From the NCBI GenBank assembly GCA_963757755.1, contig CAVWTK010000004.1:316073-380072 (forward strand): a stretch of DNA of 64,000 nucleotides, read 5' to 3'. Origin of the DNA: an uncultured bacterium (GTDB taxonomy: Bacteria; Desulfobacterota; Binatia; HRBIN30; CADEER01). The notes beneath the pieces are model-generated. The model worked only from the letters and a program-made list of their open reading frames with translations. It made no database searches and was not told where the DNA came from. This document shows, one piece after another, positions 52,257-64,000 of this stretch. Both the position numbers and the translations under genes were made by a program. Numbering within the stretch: the stretch's first letter is position 1; each line of letters starts with the position of its first letter.

Positions 52257-52889
52257 ATGGCGCTCCGATTGGGCGACGAAGCACCGGACTTCACGGCGCA
52301 GACCACGCAGGGCAAGGTTTCGTTCCACGAATGGATTGGCGACAGCTGGGCGGTCCTGTTCTCTCACCCGAAGGATTTCACCCCGGTCTGTACGACCGAG
52401 CTGGGCGAGGCCGCGCGCCTCAAGCCGGAGTTCGACAAGCGACACGTCAAGATCATCGGCCTGAGCGTCGATCCGGCCGACTCGCACGCGAAGTGGGCGG
52501 ACGACATCAAGGACACCCAGGGTCACGCGCTCAACTTTCCCTTGATCGCTGACTCGGACCGGAAGGTGTCGGACCTGTACGACATGATTCACCCGAACGC
52601 GAACAACACGCTCACCGTTCGCTCGGTGTTCATCATCGACCCGAAGAAGAAGATCCGCCTGATCCTCACCTACCCCGCCAGTACCGGTCGCAACTTCGAC
52701 GAACTGCTGCGTGTCATCGACTCACTGCAGCTCACCGACAAGCACAGCGTCGCAACGCCGGTGAACTGGAAGCACGGGCAGGACGTGATCATCGTCCCGT
52801 CGCTGTCCGACGATGATGCGAAGGCGAAGTTCCCCGGCGGTTGGAAGACCGTCAGGCCGTACCTGCGGGTCGTCCCGCAGCCGAAGTAA
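52257..52889 (+). CDS. 1-Cys peroxiredoxin (Prx6 subfamily)
   Basis: LGDEAPDF...WAVLFSHPKDFTPVCTTELG is the canonical Prx6 active site. GGAGGAAACACC RBS upstream. Confidence 0.9.
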   Translation: MALRLGDEAPDFTAQTTQGKVSFHEWIGDSWAVLFSHPKDFTPVCTTELGEAARLKPEFDKRHVKIIGLSVDPADSHAKWADDIKDTQGHALNFPLIADSDRKVSDLYDMIHPNANNTLTVRSVFIIDPKKKIRLILTYPASTGRNFDELLRVIDSLQLTDKHSVATPVNWKHGQDVIIVPSLSDDDAKAKFPGGWKTVRPYLRVVPQPK

Positions 52890-52962
52890 TCCCACTCTCG
52901 TCGATTGGCGGCGCGGCGTCCGCCGCGCCGCCGGCTGGCGCCACCGGCAGCAGCGAGGCCGC

Positions 52963-54171
52963 ATGCAGATTCTCGAGGGTATCCGCCTCATCGAGGTCGC
53001 CGACTGGGGCTTCGTGCCCTCCGCCGGCACGGTGCTCGGCGACTGGGGCGCCGACGTCATCAAGGTCGAGCACCCGGTGCGCGGCGATCCGATGCGCGGC
53101 CTGGTGACCTCCGGCCTCGTGCCGGGGGCGCGCGGCGTGAACTTCTTCGTCGAGCACTTGAGCCGCAACAAGCGCAGCATCGGCGTCGACCTCAACCGTC
53201 CCGAGGGCCGCGCCATCCTCGACAAGCTGGTGAGCACCGCCGACATCTTTCTCACCAACTTTCTGCCCGACGCCCGCGAACGCCTGCGCATCACCTACGA
53301 GGATCTCCGCCCTCTCAACCCGCGGCTGATCTACGCCAAGGGCCACGGCCAGGGGCAACGCGGTCCCGATGCCGGACGCGGCGGGTACGACGGCTGCTCG
53401 TTCTGGGCGCGCGGCGGCGTCGCCGACCGTCTGACGACGCCAGGTCAGCCGCTCGTGCAACAGCGCCCCGCCTTCGGCGACTTCACCGGCGGCATGTTCC
53501 TCGCCGGCGGCATCGCCGGCGCGCTCTTCCATCGCGAACGCACCGGCGAGGGCATCGAGGTCGACGTCTCGCTCCTCGGCAACGCCGCCTGGATCATGGC
53601 GCCTGACATCGTGGCCGCGATGACCTACGGTTTCGAGCTGCCGCCGAGCGGCGCGATGGGCGCGGCCAATCCGCTCGTGCACACCTACTTCGCCGCCGAC
53701 GGCAAGGGCGTCGTGCTGATGATGCTGCAGGGCGAGCGCTTCTGGCCCCTCGCCGCGCGCACGCTCGGCTGCGAGGCCCTACTCACCGACCCGCGCTTCG
53801 ACACCGCCGAGAAGCGCCAGCGCGAGGCCGCGGCGCTGGTCGCCGAGCTCACGACCCTGTTTGCCACCCGCCCGCGCCACGAATGGGCCGAGCGCCTCAA
53901 CGCCTCCGAGTGCATCTGGGCGCCGCTGCAATCACCGGCCGAGATTCCCGCCGACCCGCAGGTGATCGCCAACGGCTACGTGCAGGAGTTCGACCACCCC
54001 TCCCAGGGCCGCTTCCGCGTCACCGCCAGCCCCGTGCAATTCTCGAACGAGGCGCACGAGGTCCGCCGCGCCGCCCAGGAGCTCGGCGCCGACACCGAGT
54101 CGACACTCCTGGAGATCGGCTACACGTGGGAGGACATCGCGGGGCTGAAGGAGGCGGGGGCGATTTGCTGA
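52963..54171 (+). CDS. CoA-transferase family III paralogue (intact)
   Basis: MQILEGIRLIEVADWGFVPSAGTVLGDWGADVIKVEHPVRGDPMRG. Collinear with the 47970 gene. Confidence 0.8.
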   Translation: MQILEGIRLIEVADWGFVPSAGTVLGDWGADVIKVEHPVRGDPMRGLVTSGLVPGARGVNFFVEHLSRNKRSIGVDLNRPEGRAILDKLVSTADIFLTNFLPDARERLRITYEDLRPLNPRLIYAKGHGQGQRGPDAGRGGYDGCSFWARGGVADRLTTPGQPLVQQRPAFGDFTGGMFLAGGIAGALFHRERTGEGIEVDVSLLGNAAWIMAPDIVAAMTYGFELPPSGAMGAANPLVHTYFAADGKGVVLMMLQGERFWPLAARTLGCEALLTDPRFDTAEKRQREAAALVAELTTLFATRPRHEWAERLNASECIWAPLQSPAEIPADPQVIANGYVQEFDHPSQGRFRVTASPVQFSNEAHEVRRAAQELGADTESTLLEIGYTWEDIAGLKEAGAIC

Positions 54172-54277
54172 GAACAAAGAGGCGTGAGCCGGTGCGCCAG
54201 TGAGCCGGTGCGCCAGGAGAGGCAGGGTGGTGCCGACGCTTGTCGTTACCGGCGCAGTGGCGCACGGGCGCACTGGC

Positions 54278-55595
54278 TCACGCCTTTGCGTCCCGCCGGA
54301 TCGCCTCGATCTCCGCCATCCCCTTCGGCACCGCCGCCGTCAGCACATCGCGGCCGTCCGGCGTCACCAGCACGTCGTCCTCGATGCGCACGCCGATGCC
54401 GTGCCACTCGGGCGCGATGTCTTCGAGGAAGTCGGCAACGTAGAGGCCCGGCTCGATGGTCAGCACCATGCCGGGCTCGAGCAGGCGCGCACCGTCGCTG
54501 CGCTTGTAGAGGCCGACGTCATGCACGTCCATGCCGAGCCAATGGCTGGTGCGATGCATGTACACCGGCTTGTAGAGTTCCTTCTCGACCACCTCCTCGG
54601 CTGATCCGCCGAGGATCCCGAGCGACACCAGACCGTCGGCGAGGACGCGGACCGCCGCCTGGTGCGGCTCGTCGAAGCGTACGCCCGGGCGCACGGCGTC
54701 GATGGCGGTCTCCTGCGCGGCCAGGACGAGCGCATAGACGTCGCGCGCGCGGCCCTCGAAGCGCGGACCCGATCGGCCACGTGCGCGTGATGTCGGCACA
54801 GTAGAAGTCGTACTCCGCGCCCGCGTCGATCAGCAGCAGTTCGTTCGGTCCGAGCTGCCGATCGTTGGCGGTGTAGTGCAGAATCGTCGCGTTGGCGCCC
54901 GCGGCGATGATCGACGGATAGGCCGGTCCGGCGGCGCCGTGGCGGCGGAACGTGTACTCGATCAACGCTTCGATCTCGTATTCCCAGCCGCCGGGCCGCG
55001 CCGCCCGCATGGCGGCGACGTGCGCCTCGGCCGAGATCGCCGCGGCGCGGCGCATCGCGGTCAGCTCGGCCGGACTCTTGAACAGCCGCATCTCGTGCAC
55101 CGGCTGGCCCGCGTCCAGCAGGCCGCCCGGGCCGGTGCCGGTGCGCTGCCGTCCGGCGCGCCCGTGCGCGAACCAGCGCATCGCCCGCTGGGCGAACGCC
55201 TCGTCCCCGTCGAGGGCGCAGTAGAGCTGCTGGCGCTCGCCGATCCACTTCGACAGCTGCTGATCGATCTCGTCGATCGCGTACGCCTTGTCGGCGCCGT
55301 AATCGATCATCGCGCCCTCGACGCCGGCGCGCCGACCGGTCCACGTCTCGCGCTCGCGATCGCGTGGGCGGACGAAGAGCACGTACTCGTGATCGGGGTG
55401 GCCGGGCTGCAACACGCACAACGCGCCCGGCTCGGCGAACCCCGTCAGATAGTAGAAGTCGCTCTGCTGCCGGTACCGGTACTCGACGTCGTTCGAACGC
55501 GTGCGCTCGGGGGCGGCCGGGAAGACGGCGACGGCGTCGGGACCGAGCGTCGCCAGCAACTGACGGCGGCGCTCGGCAAAGACCGCGGCGTCCAC
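54278..55595 (-). CDS. pepP: Xaa-Pro aminopeptidase (M24B), frameshifted
   Basis: FYYLTGFAEP, LLIDAGAEYDFYCADITRTWP, HRTSHWLGMDVHDVG, LTIEPGLY. Confidence 0.8.
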
Positions 55596-55602
55596 GATCG
55601 AG

Positions 55603-56364
55603 TCAGCCCCGCGACACGTTGCCGGTGGTCAACGTGCGCAGCAGGTCGATCGGGAACGGCACGATGATGGTGTGGTTCCGCTCGGTGCCGACCTGCGCCA
55701 GCGTCTGCAGCGTGCGCAGCGTCATGGCCACGGGCTCCTTCTCCATTACTTCGGCCGCTTCGCCGAGACGCGCCGCCGCCTGGAACTCGCCCTCGGCGCT
55801 GATGACCTTGGCGCGCCGGATGCGCTCGGCCTCGGCCTGACGCGCCATGGCGCGCTGCAGATCGGCCGGCAGATCGATGTGCTTGATCTCGACCATCATC
55901 ACCTTGATGCCCCACGGTTCGGTGCTGGTGTCGATGGTCTCCTGGAGGCTCTCGTTGAGGCGATCGCGTTCGGCGAGCAGCTCGTCGAGCTGCGCCTGGC
56001 CGCAGACGCTGCGCAGCGTCGTTTGCGCCAGCTGCGACGTGGCATAGAGGTAATTCTGTACCTCGACGACGGCGCGCGACGGATCGATCACGCGGAAGTA
56101 GAGCACCGCGCTGACCTTCACCGACACGTTGTCGCGAGTGATGACGTCCTGCGACGGCACATCGAGCGTGATCGTCCGCAGATCGAGCTTGTACATCTGC
56201 TCGATCCCCGGGACCACGTAGATGATGCCCGGCCCGCGCGAATCGACGAGCCGCCCGAGACGCAAGATCACGACGCGCTCGTACTCGCGGACGATCTTGA
56301 TGCCGGCGAGGGCCAGCAGCGCGCTCAGGATCAGGGCCGAGCCGATGAGACCGAGTCCGAACAT
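55603..56364 (-). CDS. SPFH/band-7 (stomatin/prohibitin-like) membrane protein
   Basis: N-terminal TM, IVREYERVVILRLGRL, ITRDNVSVKVSAVLYFRV. Confidence 0.85.
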   Translation of the reverse strand: MFGLGLIGSALILSALLALAGIKIVREYERVVILRLGRLVDSRGPGIIYVVPGIEQMYKLDLRTITLDVPSQDVITRDNVSVKVSAVLYFRVIDPSRAVVEVQNYLYATSQLAQTTLRSVCGQAQLDELLAERDRLNESLQETIDTSTEPWGIKVMMVEIKHIDLPADLQRAMARQAEAERIRRAKVISAEGEFQAAARLGEAAEVMEKEPVAMTLRTLQTLAQVGTERNHTIIVPFPIDLLRTLTTGNVSRG

Positions 56365-56445
56365 GACCGAGCGTCTACCATACCCTCGCCGGGGGGGAAC
56401 GCGGCGACGTGGAATCGAGCCCCGAGACCGGCTAGCCATGAGGGC

Positions 56446-56976
56446 ATGGCGACCGAAAGCACGATGGCACGACGGGATCGCATCGCCGCGCTGCTCCTGG
56501 TCGTCCTGGTACTGGTTGCCGCTGGCGCGGTCCTGGTACGGCGCACCCTGCTCGAGGGCGGCCCGGACCCGACGCCCGACCCCCGCCTCCAGCGCGACGC
56601 GGTGCTGTTCGACCGGTTCGCCGCCAGCCGCGAGCGCAGCGACGAGGAGGACCGCCTCAGCGTGTCGCTGCGGCTGCGGACCAGCGCCAGCGTCAGCCTG
56701 CCCTGCTTCGTCTTCGTCGTCGCCCGCGACGAGCAGTCCACCCCGCACGCCTGGGCCGCCTGGCCGAAGAAAGCGGAAGGCCCCGCCGTCAGCGCCGGCG
56801 GACACTTCCACGGCGCGACGCCGAGCACCGGCTATCCCCTGACGTTGAGCGACACGTGGGAACGGTTCACCGCCCTCATCCCGGAGCCGGCCAACGGCGG
56901 CAGCTTCGACACAGTTGACGTCTACGTCGTCGACCCCGGCGGACGAATTCTTCTGTCACGGCCGTTCCACGTCTGA
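56446..56976 (+). CDS. Hypothetical membrane-anchored protein
   Basis: N-terminal TM IAALLLVVLVLVAAGAVLV with no recognisable domain. Confidence 0.4.
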   Translation: MATESTMARRDRIAALLLVVLVLVAAGAVLVRRTLLEGGPDPTPDPRLQRDAVLFDRFAASRERSDEEDRLSVSLRLRTSASVSLPCFVFVVARDEQSTPHAWAAWPKKAEGPAVSAGGHFHGATPSTGYPLTLSDTWERFTALIPEPANGGSFDTVDVYVVDPGGRILLSRPFHV

Positions 56977-56977
56977 G

Positions 56978-57069
56978 CCATCGATGAACACCGATGGCCT
57001 CGGATGGACGCAGAGGCCCTGGCTCACCCGTGTTCATCTGTGGCCATCCGTGTCCATCGGTGGATTCAC
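56978..57069. repeat. Palindromic repeat family 1 copy B (short-spacer form) between convergent genes
   Basis: ccatcgatgaacaccgatggcctcggatggacgcagaggccc tggctcaccc gtgttcatctgtggccatccgtgtccatcggtggattcac. Confidence 0.75.
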
Positions 57070-58799
57070 AGCTTCGTCGACCCGAGCAGGTTGCCACCCA
57101 ACCCGGGATGACCGATGCGCTTGTCGCCGATGACGTTGACGAGCGAGGCAATGCCGGAATCGAAGGCGCGGCGCAGCGCGGGAGAAATCTCGGCCGTCTC
57201 GGTGACGTGCTCGGCGTGGCAACCCATGATGCGGAACATCTCGTCGTAACGGATGTCGGCGAGCATGTTGAACGGGTCGGTGCGCCCCTTCAGCAGCGGC
57301 ATCTCCTCGAAGCTCGGCCCCCACGAGCTGTTGTTCCAGAGCACCGTGTGGATCGGCAGACGGTAGCGCAGCGCGGTTTCGATGTCCCAGCCGCCGATGC
57401 CGAGCCCGCCGTCGCCGATCACCACGACCACCTGCTTGCCGGGCCGCGCGAGCTGCGCCCCGATGGCCATGCCGATGCCGTGACCCACCGGTGCCAGCGG
57501 CCCCGCGTCGATCACCTGGCCCGCGAACGCCGCCGGTAGCCACTGCGTCACCCAGCCGCTCATCGTGAACGAGTCGAGGATGACGGTCGCGTCGGGCGCG
57601 ATCGTGTCGCGCAGGGCACGCGCCAGACAATCGGGATGCAGCGGCGTCCGGCCGCGATTCCCGCGCTCGCGCTCGTCGAGGAAGCGGGCGAAGTTGCCCG
57701 CCGCCGTCGCGACCTCGCCGCGCCATGCCTCCAGTCCGACGGCGGCGGCGCCGCGCCGGCGCGCCGCGTCGCAGAGCTGGCGCAGCACCAGACGCGGGTC
57801 GCCGAGCAGCGCGACGTGCACGGGGACCTGCCAGCCGATGCGCGACGGCGTCGCGTCGATCTGCACGACCGTGGCCGACTCGTTCCACGTCGGCGCCTCG
57901 CCGAAGTGCTCGCCACTCCAGAAACGGAAGCCCACCGCCAGGACGACGTCGGCGCGCGACGTGAACGGCTTCTTCCAGGGCCCCCGCACCGCCAGCCGAT
58001 GCGTCTCGGGCAGCGCGCCCTGGCCAGCGCGCCGCGCATAGGTCGGGATCTCCAACAGCTCGGCGAGCTCGCGCAGTTCGGCGGCGGCGTCCGACCAGAA
58101 CACCCCGTCGCCGGCGGCGATGAGCGGCCGCTCGGCGCCGAGCAGCGCGTCGAGCGCCAGCTCGACCGCCGCCGGATCGGCCTGCGCGCCCAACGTCGCC
58201 GGATCCCAGCCGGCGGCGCCGCGTCGCTGCTGGGTCGCATCGCCCTGGTGGTAGAGGACGTTGGTCGGGATCTCGACCAGCGCCACGCCCTGCGGCGCGC
58301 TGCGCGCCGCGCGAAACGCCTGGCGCAGGTCGAAGCCGATGCGCTCCCACTCGAGCACCCGCGCCGTCGACTTGGCGAACGACGCGCAGACGTCCACGCC
58401 GTACGCCTCCTGGAAGGAGCCGATCCCGTCCTCCGTGGTCGGGTGCTGGCCGGCGATGCAGACCACCGCCGAGCCGGTCAGCGCGGCCCCGGCCAGGCCG
58501 GTGACCGCGTTGGTCAGCCCGCAGCCGGCGGTGACACAGCAGACGCCAACCCCGCCGCTGGCGCGGGCATAGGCATCGGCCGCATACGCACATGCCTGTT
58601 CATGTCGCATGTGGACCAGCATGACGTCGTTGGCGCGTAGGGCCCCGAGGATCGGAAACGTGTGGCCGCCGTTGATCGCGAACAGATGGCGCACGCCGGC
58701 GTCACGCAGGCTGCGCCCGACGATGGCACCGCCATCGAGCAGGGCGGCGTCCCGCGCCGGCTCACCGCCGAGCGATTTCTCCCAATCCATGTCCGGCAT
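57066..58799 (-). CDS. Thiamine-pyrophosphate-dependent enzyme (acetolactate synthase / benzoylformate decarboxylase superfamily), intact
   Basis: TPP-binding GDGGLGIGGWDIETALRYRLPIHTVLWNN, N-terminal Pyr domain, 577 aa uninterrupted. Confidence 0.8.
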   Translation of the reverse strand: MPDMDWEKSLGGEPARDAALLDGGAIVGRSLRDAGVRHLFAINGGHTFPILGALRANDVMLVHMRHEQACAYAADAYARASGGVGVCCVTAGCGLTNAVTGLAGAALTGSAVVCIAGQHPTTEDGIGSFQEAYGVDVCASFAKSTARVLEWERIGFDLRQAFRAARSAPQGVALVEIPTNVLYHQGDATQQRRGAAGWDPATLGAQADPAAVELALDALLGAERPLIAAGDGVFWSDAAAELRELAELLEIPTYARRAGQGALPETHRLAVRGPWKKPFTSRADVVLAVGFRFWSGEHFGEAPTWNESATVVQIDATPSRIGWQVPVHVALLGDPRLVLRQLCDAARRRGAAAVGLEAWRGEVATAAGNFARFLDERERGNRGRTPLHPDCLARALRDTIAPDATVILDSFTMSGWVTQWLPAAFAGQVIDAGPLAPVGHGIGMAIGAQLARPGKQVVVVIGDGGLGIGGWDIETALRYRLPIHTVLWNNSSWGPSFEEMPLLKGRTDPFNMLADIRYDEMFRIMGCHAEHVTETAEISPALRRAFDSGIASLVNVIGDKRIGHPGLGGNLLGSTKL

Positions 58800-58928
58800 C
58801 GTCGCCCTCCTCGCGCGCCCATCAAGGGCGCTGTGGGGCTCCGCTTAGCCCGCCGCGTCGCGCCCCCACAAGAACGCAGTAAATTGTTATTTGCGAAGGA
58901 CAATCGAGCAGCTAGGATTCCGCGCGCG

Positions 58929-61163
<2,235 letters not shown>

Positions 61164-61220
61164 GATCCTGAAGCGGCCAAGGACGCCAGGCAGCTCTGGC
61201 GGCTTTGAGGTCCCGGTGAC

Positions 61221-62252
61221 CTACGGCAGGACGCTCACCTTGATCGCGCCGGTGTGCTTGTCGGCAGCGGTCTCGAACGCCTGCTGAACATCCGCCAGCG
61301 CGTATCGGTGGGTCACGAGGGGCGCCACCGCGTCGCGGTGCGCGACCAGCAGATCGATCGCGGTCGCAAAGTCCGGGCGCGGGCCCGACCGGTCGTACAT
61401 CATGGAGCCGATCAGCCGCACCTCCTTCACCAGGAGGTGCGTCGCCGGCAGCGGCGGCGGCGCGGTGAAGACGCCGAGCACGATGACGGTGCCGCCCGGG
61501 CGGACGCAGTGCACGGCGTCGCCAAGCGTGTCGGCAACGCCGCCGACGGTCTCGAGGACGGCATCGATGTCGTGATCGCGGGCCAGCGCGCGTCGATCGG
61601 CCCCGGCGCGCGCGTCGGTCCCGAACACCCGCGTCGCGCCGAGCCGACGTGCCGCCGACTCCTGGTGCGGGTGCCGGGCGGTGATCCACACGTCGGCGGC
61701 GCCTGCCGCGCGCGCCGCGACGACGGCGAGGAGGCCGATCGCGCCGGCCCCGAGAACCAGCACGCGCTGCCCGGCGCCGATGCCCGCGAGCCGCGTCGCG
61801 TGCACCGCCACCGCCATCGGCTCGCTGAGGGCCGCCACCGCCCAGTCGAGATCGGCGGGCAGCGGATGGAGCATGGCGGCCGGCAGGGCCACGAGCTCCG
61901 CGCATCCGCCCGGGCGATGCATGCCGGCGATGCGCAGGCCGCGGCAGAGCTGCGGGGTCCCGCCCCGACACCATCGACACGCGCCGCAGGTCGCCATCGG
62001 TTCGGCCGTCACCCGCATCCCCGCGGCGACCGCGGTCACGGCGGCGCCGCAGCCGACGACCTCGCCGGCGATCTCGTGGCCGGGGCACACCGCCGGCGGC
62101 GGCGCGCCGCCGGCGAACCAGTGCAGGTCGCTGCCGCAGATCCCGCAGGCGCGGACGCGCAGCACGACCTCGTCGGCCGCCGGCGCCGGCGCCGGCACCG
62201 AACGCACGGTGAGGCGCCGGGGACCGGAGCTGAACGCGGCCTGCATAGGCAT
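61221..62252 (-). CDS. Zn-dependent alcohol/polyol dehydrogenase (MDR family)
   Basis: GICGSDLH, GHEIAGEV, structural-Zn Cys cluster CGACRWC, VLVLGAGAIG. Confidence 0.85.
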   Translation of the reverse strand: MPMQAAFSSGPRRLTVRSVPAPAPAADEVVLRVRACGICGSDLHWFAGGAPPPAVCPGHEIAGEVVGCGAAVTAVAAGMRVTAEPMATCGACRWCRGGTPQLCRGLRIAGMHRPGGCAELVALPAAMLHPLPADLDWAVAALSEPMAVAVHATRLAGIGAGQRVLVLGAGAIGLLAVVAARAAGAADVWITARHPHQESAARRLGATRVFGTDARAGADRRALARDHDIDAVLETVGGVADTLGDAVHCVRPGGTVIVLGVFTAPPPLPATHLLVKEVRLIGSMMYDRSGPRPDFATAIDLLVAHRDAVAPLVTHRYALADVQQAFETAADKHTGAIKVSVLP

Positions 62253-62274
62253 GGCGCGGGCGGCGCCGTGCGGA

Positions 62275-63435
62275 TCAGCGGATCAGGCTCTGCACCGCGG
62301 CCGGCATCTGCTCGGCGACGCGGATGATGGGAATGCCGGTCTGCGTGTTCTGATGCATCTCGCGCAGCGCGCGCGGGAGCTCGGCGAAAGGATAGATCTC
62401 CTCGTGCACGGTGGGCTTGTAGACGACACCGTACAGCTCGGTGCAGGCGTTGCAGCCGTCGATGGTGTCGTAGTGCGTGTGGTCGAGCGTGATCTGCTTC
62501 ACCGACATGCCGGCCGAGTCGTAGGTGATCTTCTTGTCGAGCTGCCATCCCGCGCTGACGTTGACGCCTTCGCGCGCCGCCGCGGCGATGCCGGCGGCGA
62601 ACACCGGGCCGCGCAGCATGTCGCAGACGAGGTGCATGCCGACGCCGCCGGTGAGCGACTTGACCGCCTTCATGAACGCCTTGACGCCATCGCCCGTGGC
62701 GAAGCGGTTGAACTCCTTCTGGTCGATCGGCGTGATGCCGAGCTTCTCGAGATGCGCGCGCCGCGCCGGGCTGCCCGAGCAGAAGAAGGCGCGATGCCCC
62801 TCGGCGACTGCCTGCATGAGGAACAGCTCGGACACGCCGCCGCCGAAGCCGAGGACGTTCAGGCGGGCGAGCTTCTCGCGCGGCACCTTGAGACGGAAGA
62901 TGTCATGGCCGCGGCGCCAAAGGTGGTAGGCCGTCGGCGCGCGCAACGGCAGGGCGGCGATCTCCCACAGCGAGAGACCGCACGAGAGCGGCGCCGGCAC
63001 GATCTGCCAGTCGCCGACCACCGCCTCCTCGCCGTACCAGCCGATCGACTCGGGCTTGTCGTACGCCCAGATGCGCATCGGGTAGCCGTAGATGTCGGGC
63101 TCGCCGTTGCAGTGCGTGACGACGATGTCGCCCTGCTTGAAGCGCGTCACCTGATCGCCCACGGCGGTCACCTCGCCGAGGGCGCTGTTGCCGGGGTAGA
63201 TCTTGCCGCCGCGCAGCTCGGTGATGTTGACGGTATCGGCCAGTACCGCGTGATCGACGTTGTGCTCGAGGGAGACCGCCAGGATGCGCAGGTGCACGTC
63301 GCGCGGCCCGACCGGGCGCAGCTCGGACTGATCGAGCGCGATGACGCGCGAGGCGTCGAACTGCTCCAGGTCGTCGTTGACGCGCTTGCGCTCGGCGGCG
63401 ATCGCCGCCGCGGTGATGGCATAGGCTTTGGGCAT
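62275..63435 (-). CDS. MDR-superfamily enoyl reductase-like oxidoreductase (crotonyl-CoA reductase-like)
   Basis: Intact 386 aa ORF with MDR-like GroES-type N-terminus and GxGxxG-like VLGFGGGVS. Exact subfamily unclear. Confidence 0.6.
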   Translation of the reverse strand: MPKAYAITAAAIAAERKRVNDDLEQFDASRVIALDQSELRPVGPRDVHLRILAVSLEHNVDHAVLADTVNITELRGGKIYPGNSALGEVTAVGDQVTRFKQGDIVVTHCNGEPDIYGYPMRIWAYDKPESIGWYGEEAVVGDWQIVPAPLSCGLSLWEIAALPLRAPTAYHLWRRGHDIFRLKVPREKLARLNVLGFGGGVSELFLMQAVAEGHRAFFCSGSPARRAHLEKLGITPIDQKEFNRFATGDGVKAFMKAVKSLTGGVGMHLVCDMLRGPVFAAGIAAAAREGVNVSAGWQLDKKITYDSAGMSVKQITLDHTHYDTIDGCNACTELYGVVYKPTVHEEIYPFAELPRALREMHQNTQTGIPIIRVAEQMPAAVQSLIR

Positions 63436-63616
63436 GGGTTCCTCCCCTGTTTCGATCTCGACGCCGCACGCACGGCGGGCAAGACTTCCAGATGTCTCGG
63501 TCTGGCCCTGCGGGCGGCCACCCCGACCGGCCGCGGAACCTATCGAAGAGTGCGGGGCCCTTCAATGCCGGTGCGGCGCTCGCGCGGCGGCGGCACGCGG
63601 CATAGGATTGGGCCCC

Positions 63617-63919
63617 ATGGGCAGCTTGCTCGGGGTCGCCGCGCTCATCGCCGTGATCGCCGTCGGGGTGCGCCTGCTGCGCCGGCGCGCGGTCGAGCGG
63701 GCCCAGCCTGGTCGCAGCCCCGACCAGCCGATCGTGATCCGCGACTATGGGGAGATGGACATCGCCGTCCGCCTGCAGGCCTGCCCGTGCGGCGGGCACT
63801 ATCTGCTGCGCGGCGAGGGGCCCGGCGCGGCGCCGCAACTCCGCGCCGCGCATCTCGAATGCCGGCGTTGCGAGCGCGAGGCCTGGGTCTATTTCGACGT
63901 CAGCCAGGTGCTCCACTGA
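63617..63919 (+). CDS. Small membrane-anchored protein with CPC / CRRC zinc-ribbon-like motifs
   Basis: TM LLGVAALIAVIAVGV, then ACPCGGHYLL...HLECRRCERE. Confidence 0.3.
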   Translation: MGSLLGVAALIAVIAVGVRLLRRRAVERAQPGRSPDQPIVIRDYGEMDIAVRLQACPCGGHYLLRGEGPGAAPQLRAAHLECRRCEREAWVYFDVSQVLH

Positions 63920-64000
63920 TGCCCGCCGTGTGGTCACCGCCGCCGGCCGCCCAAACGCGCTCGCTTCGACTCGCCGGAAGAGTTTGGTACAGACGGGGCC

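Overview
This is a 64 kb, roughly 70% GC stretch of bacterial chromosome. The gene content suggests a Myxococcota/Deltaproteobacteria-like or Binatia-like organism, but that is inference from content only. Coding density is high on both strands and I see no rRNA, tRNA or CRISPR.

Recognisable content (start to end):
- a partial PqiC-like lipoprotein gene and a decayed IS630-family transposase relic beside a long hairpin;
- frameshifted prfC, an ArsR plus SRPBCC pair, two SDRs and an amidohydrolase;
- a TetR, P450, esterase and acyl-CoA synthetase cluster;
- a long minus-strand operon: MOSC protein, small His/Cys-rich secreted protein, coiled-coil outer-membrane protein, ABC-3 metal importer (ZnuACB-like), fused multi-TM spermidine-synthase-like protein, lipoprotein;
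- several secreted or lipoproteins with Pro/Thr-rich linkers, including a protein with two cohesin-like domains plus a dockerin, and dockerin-bearing partners;
- an SRPBCC and nitroreductase fusion, a roughly 1190 aa PHP-domain lipoprotein followed by a HEAT-repeat protein, olsB and olsA next to an Rrf2 regulator, and sucA, sucB and lpdA;
- a CoA-transferase, thiolase-like and peroxiredoxin block, pepP, an SPFH protein, a TPP enzyme, a GAF/PAS histidine kinase and two MDR dehydrogenases.

The most notable non-genic signal is at least four families of intergenic nested palindromic repeats, each present in two or three copies.

Many genes carry internal frameshifts, including prfC, sucA, sucB, lpdA and the znu genes, and these cluster gene by gene. 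That looks more like uneven consensus quality with indel errors than biology. Gene boundaries and any pseudogene calls should be treated accordingly.
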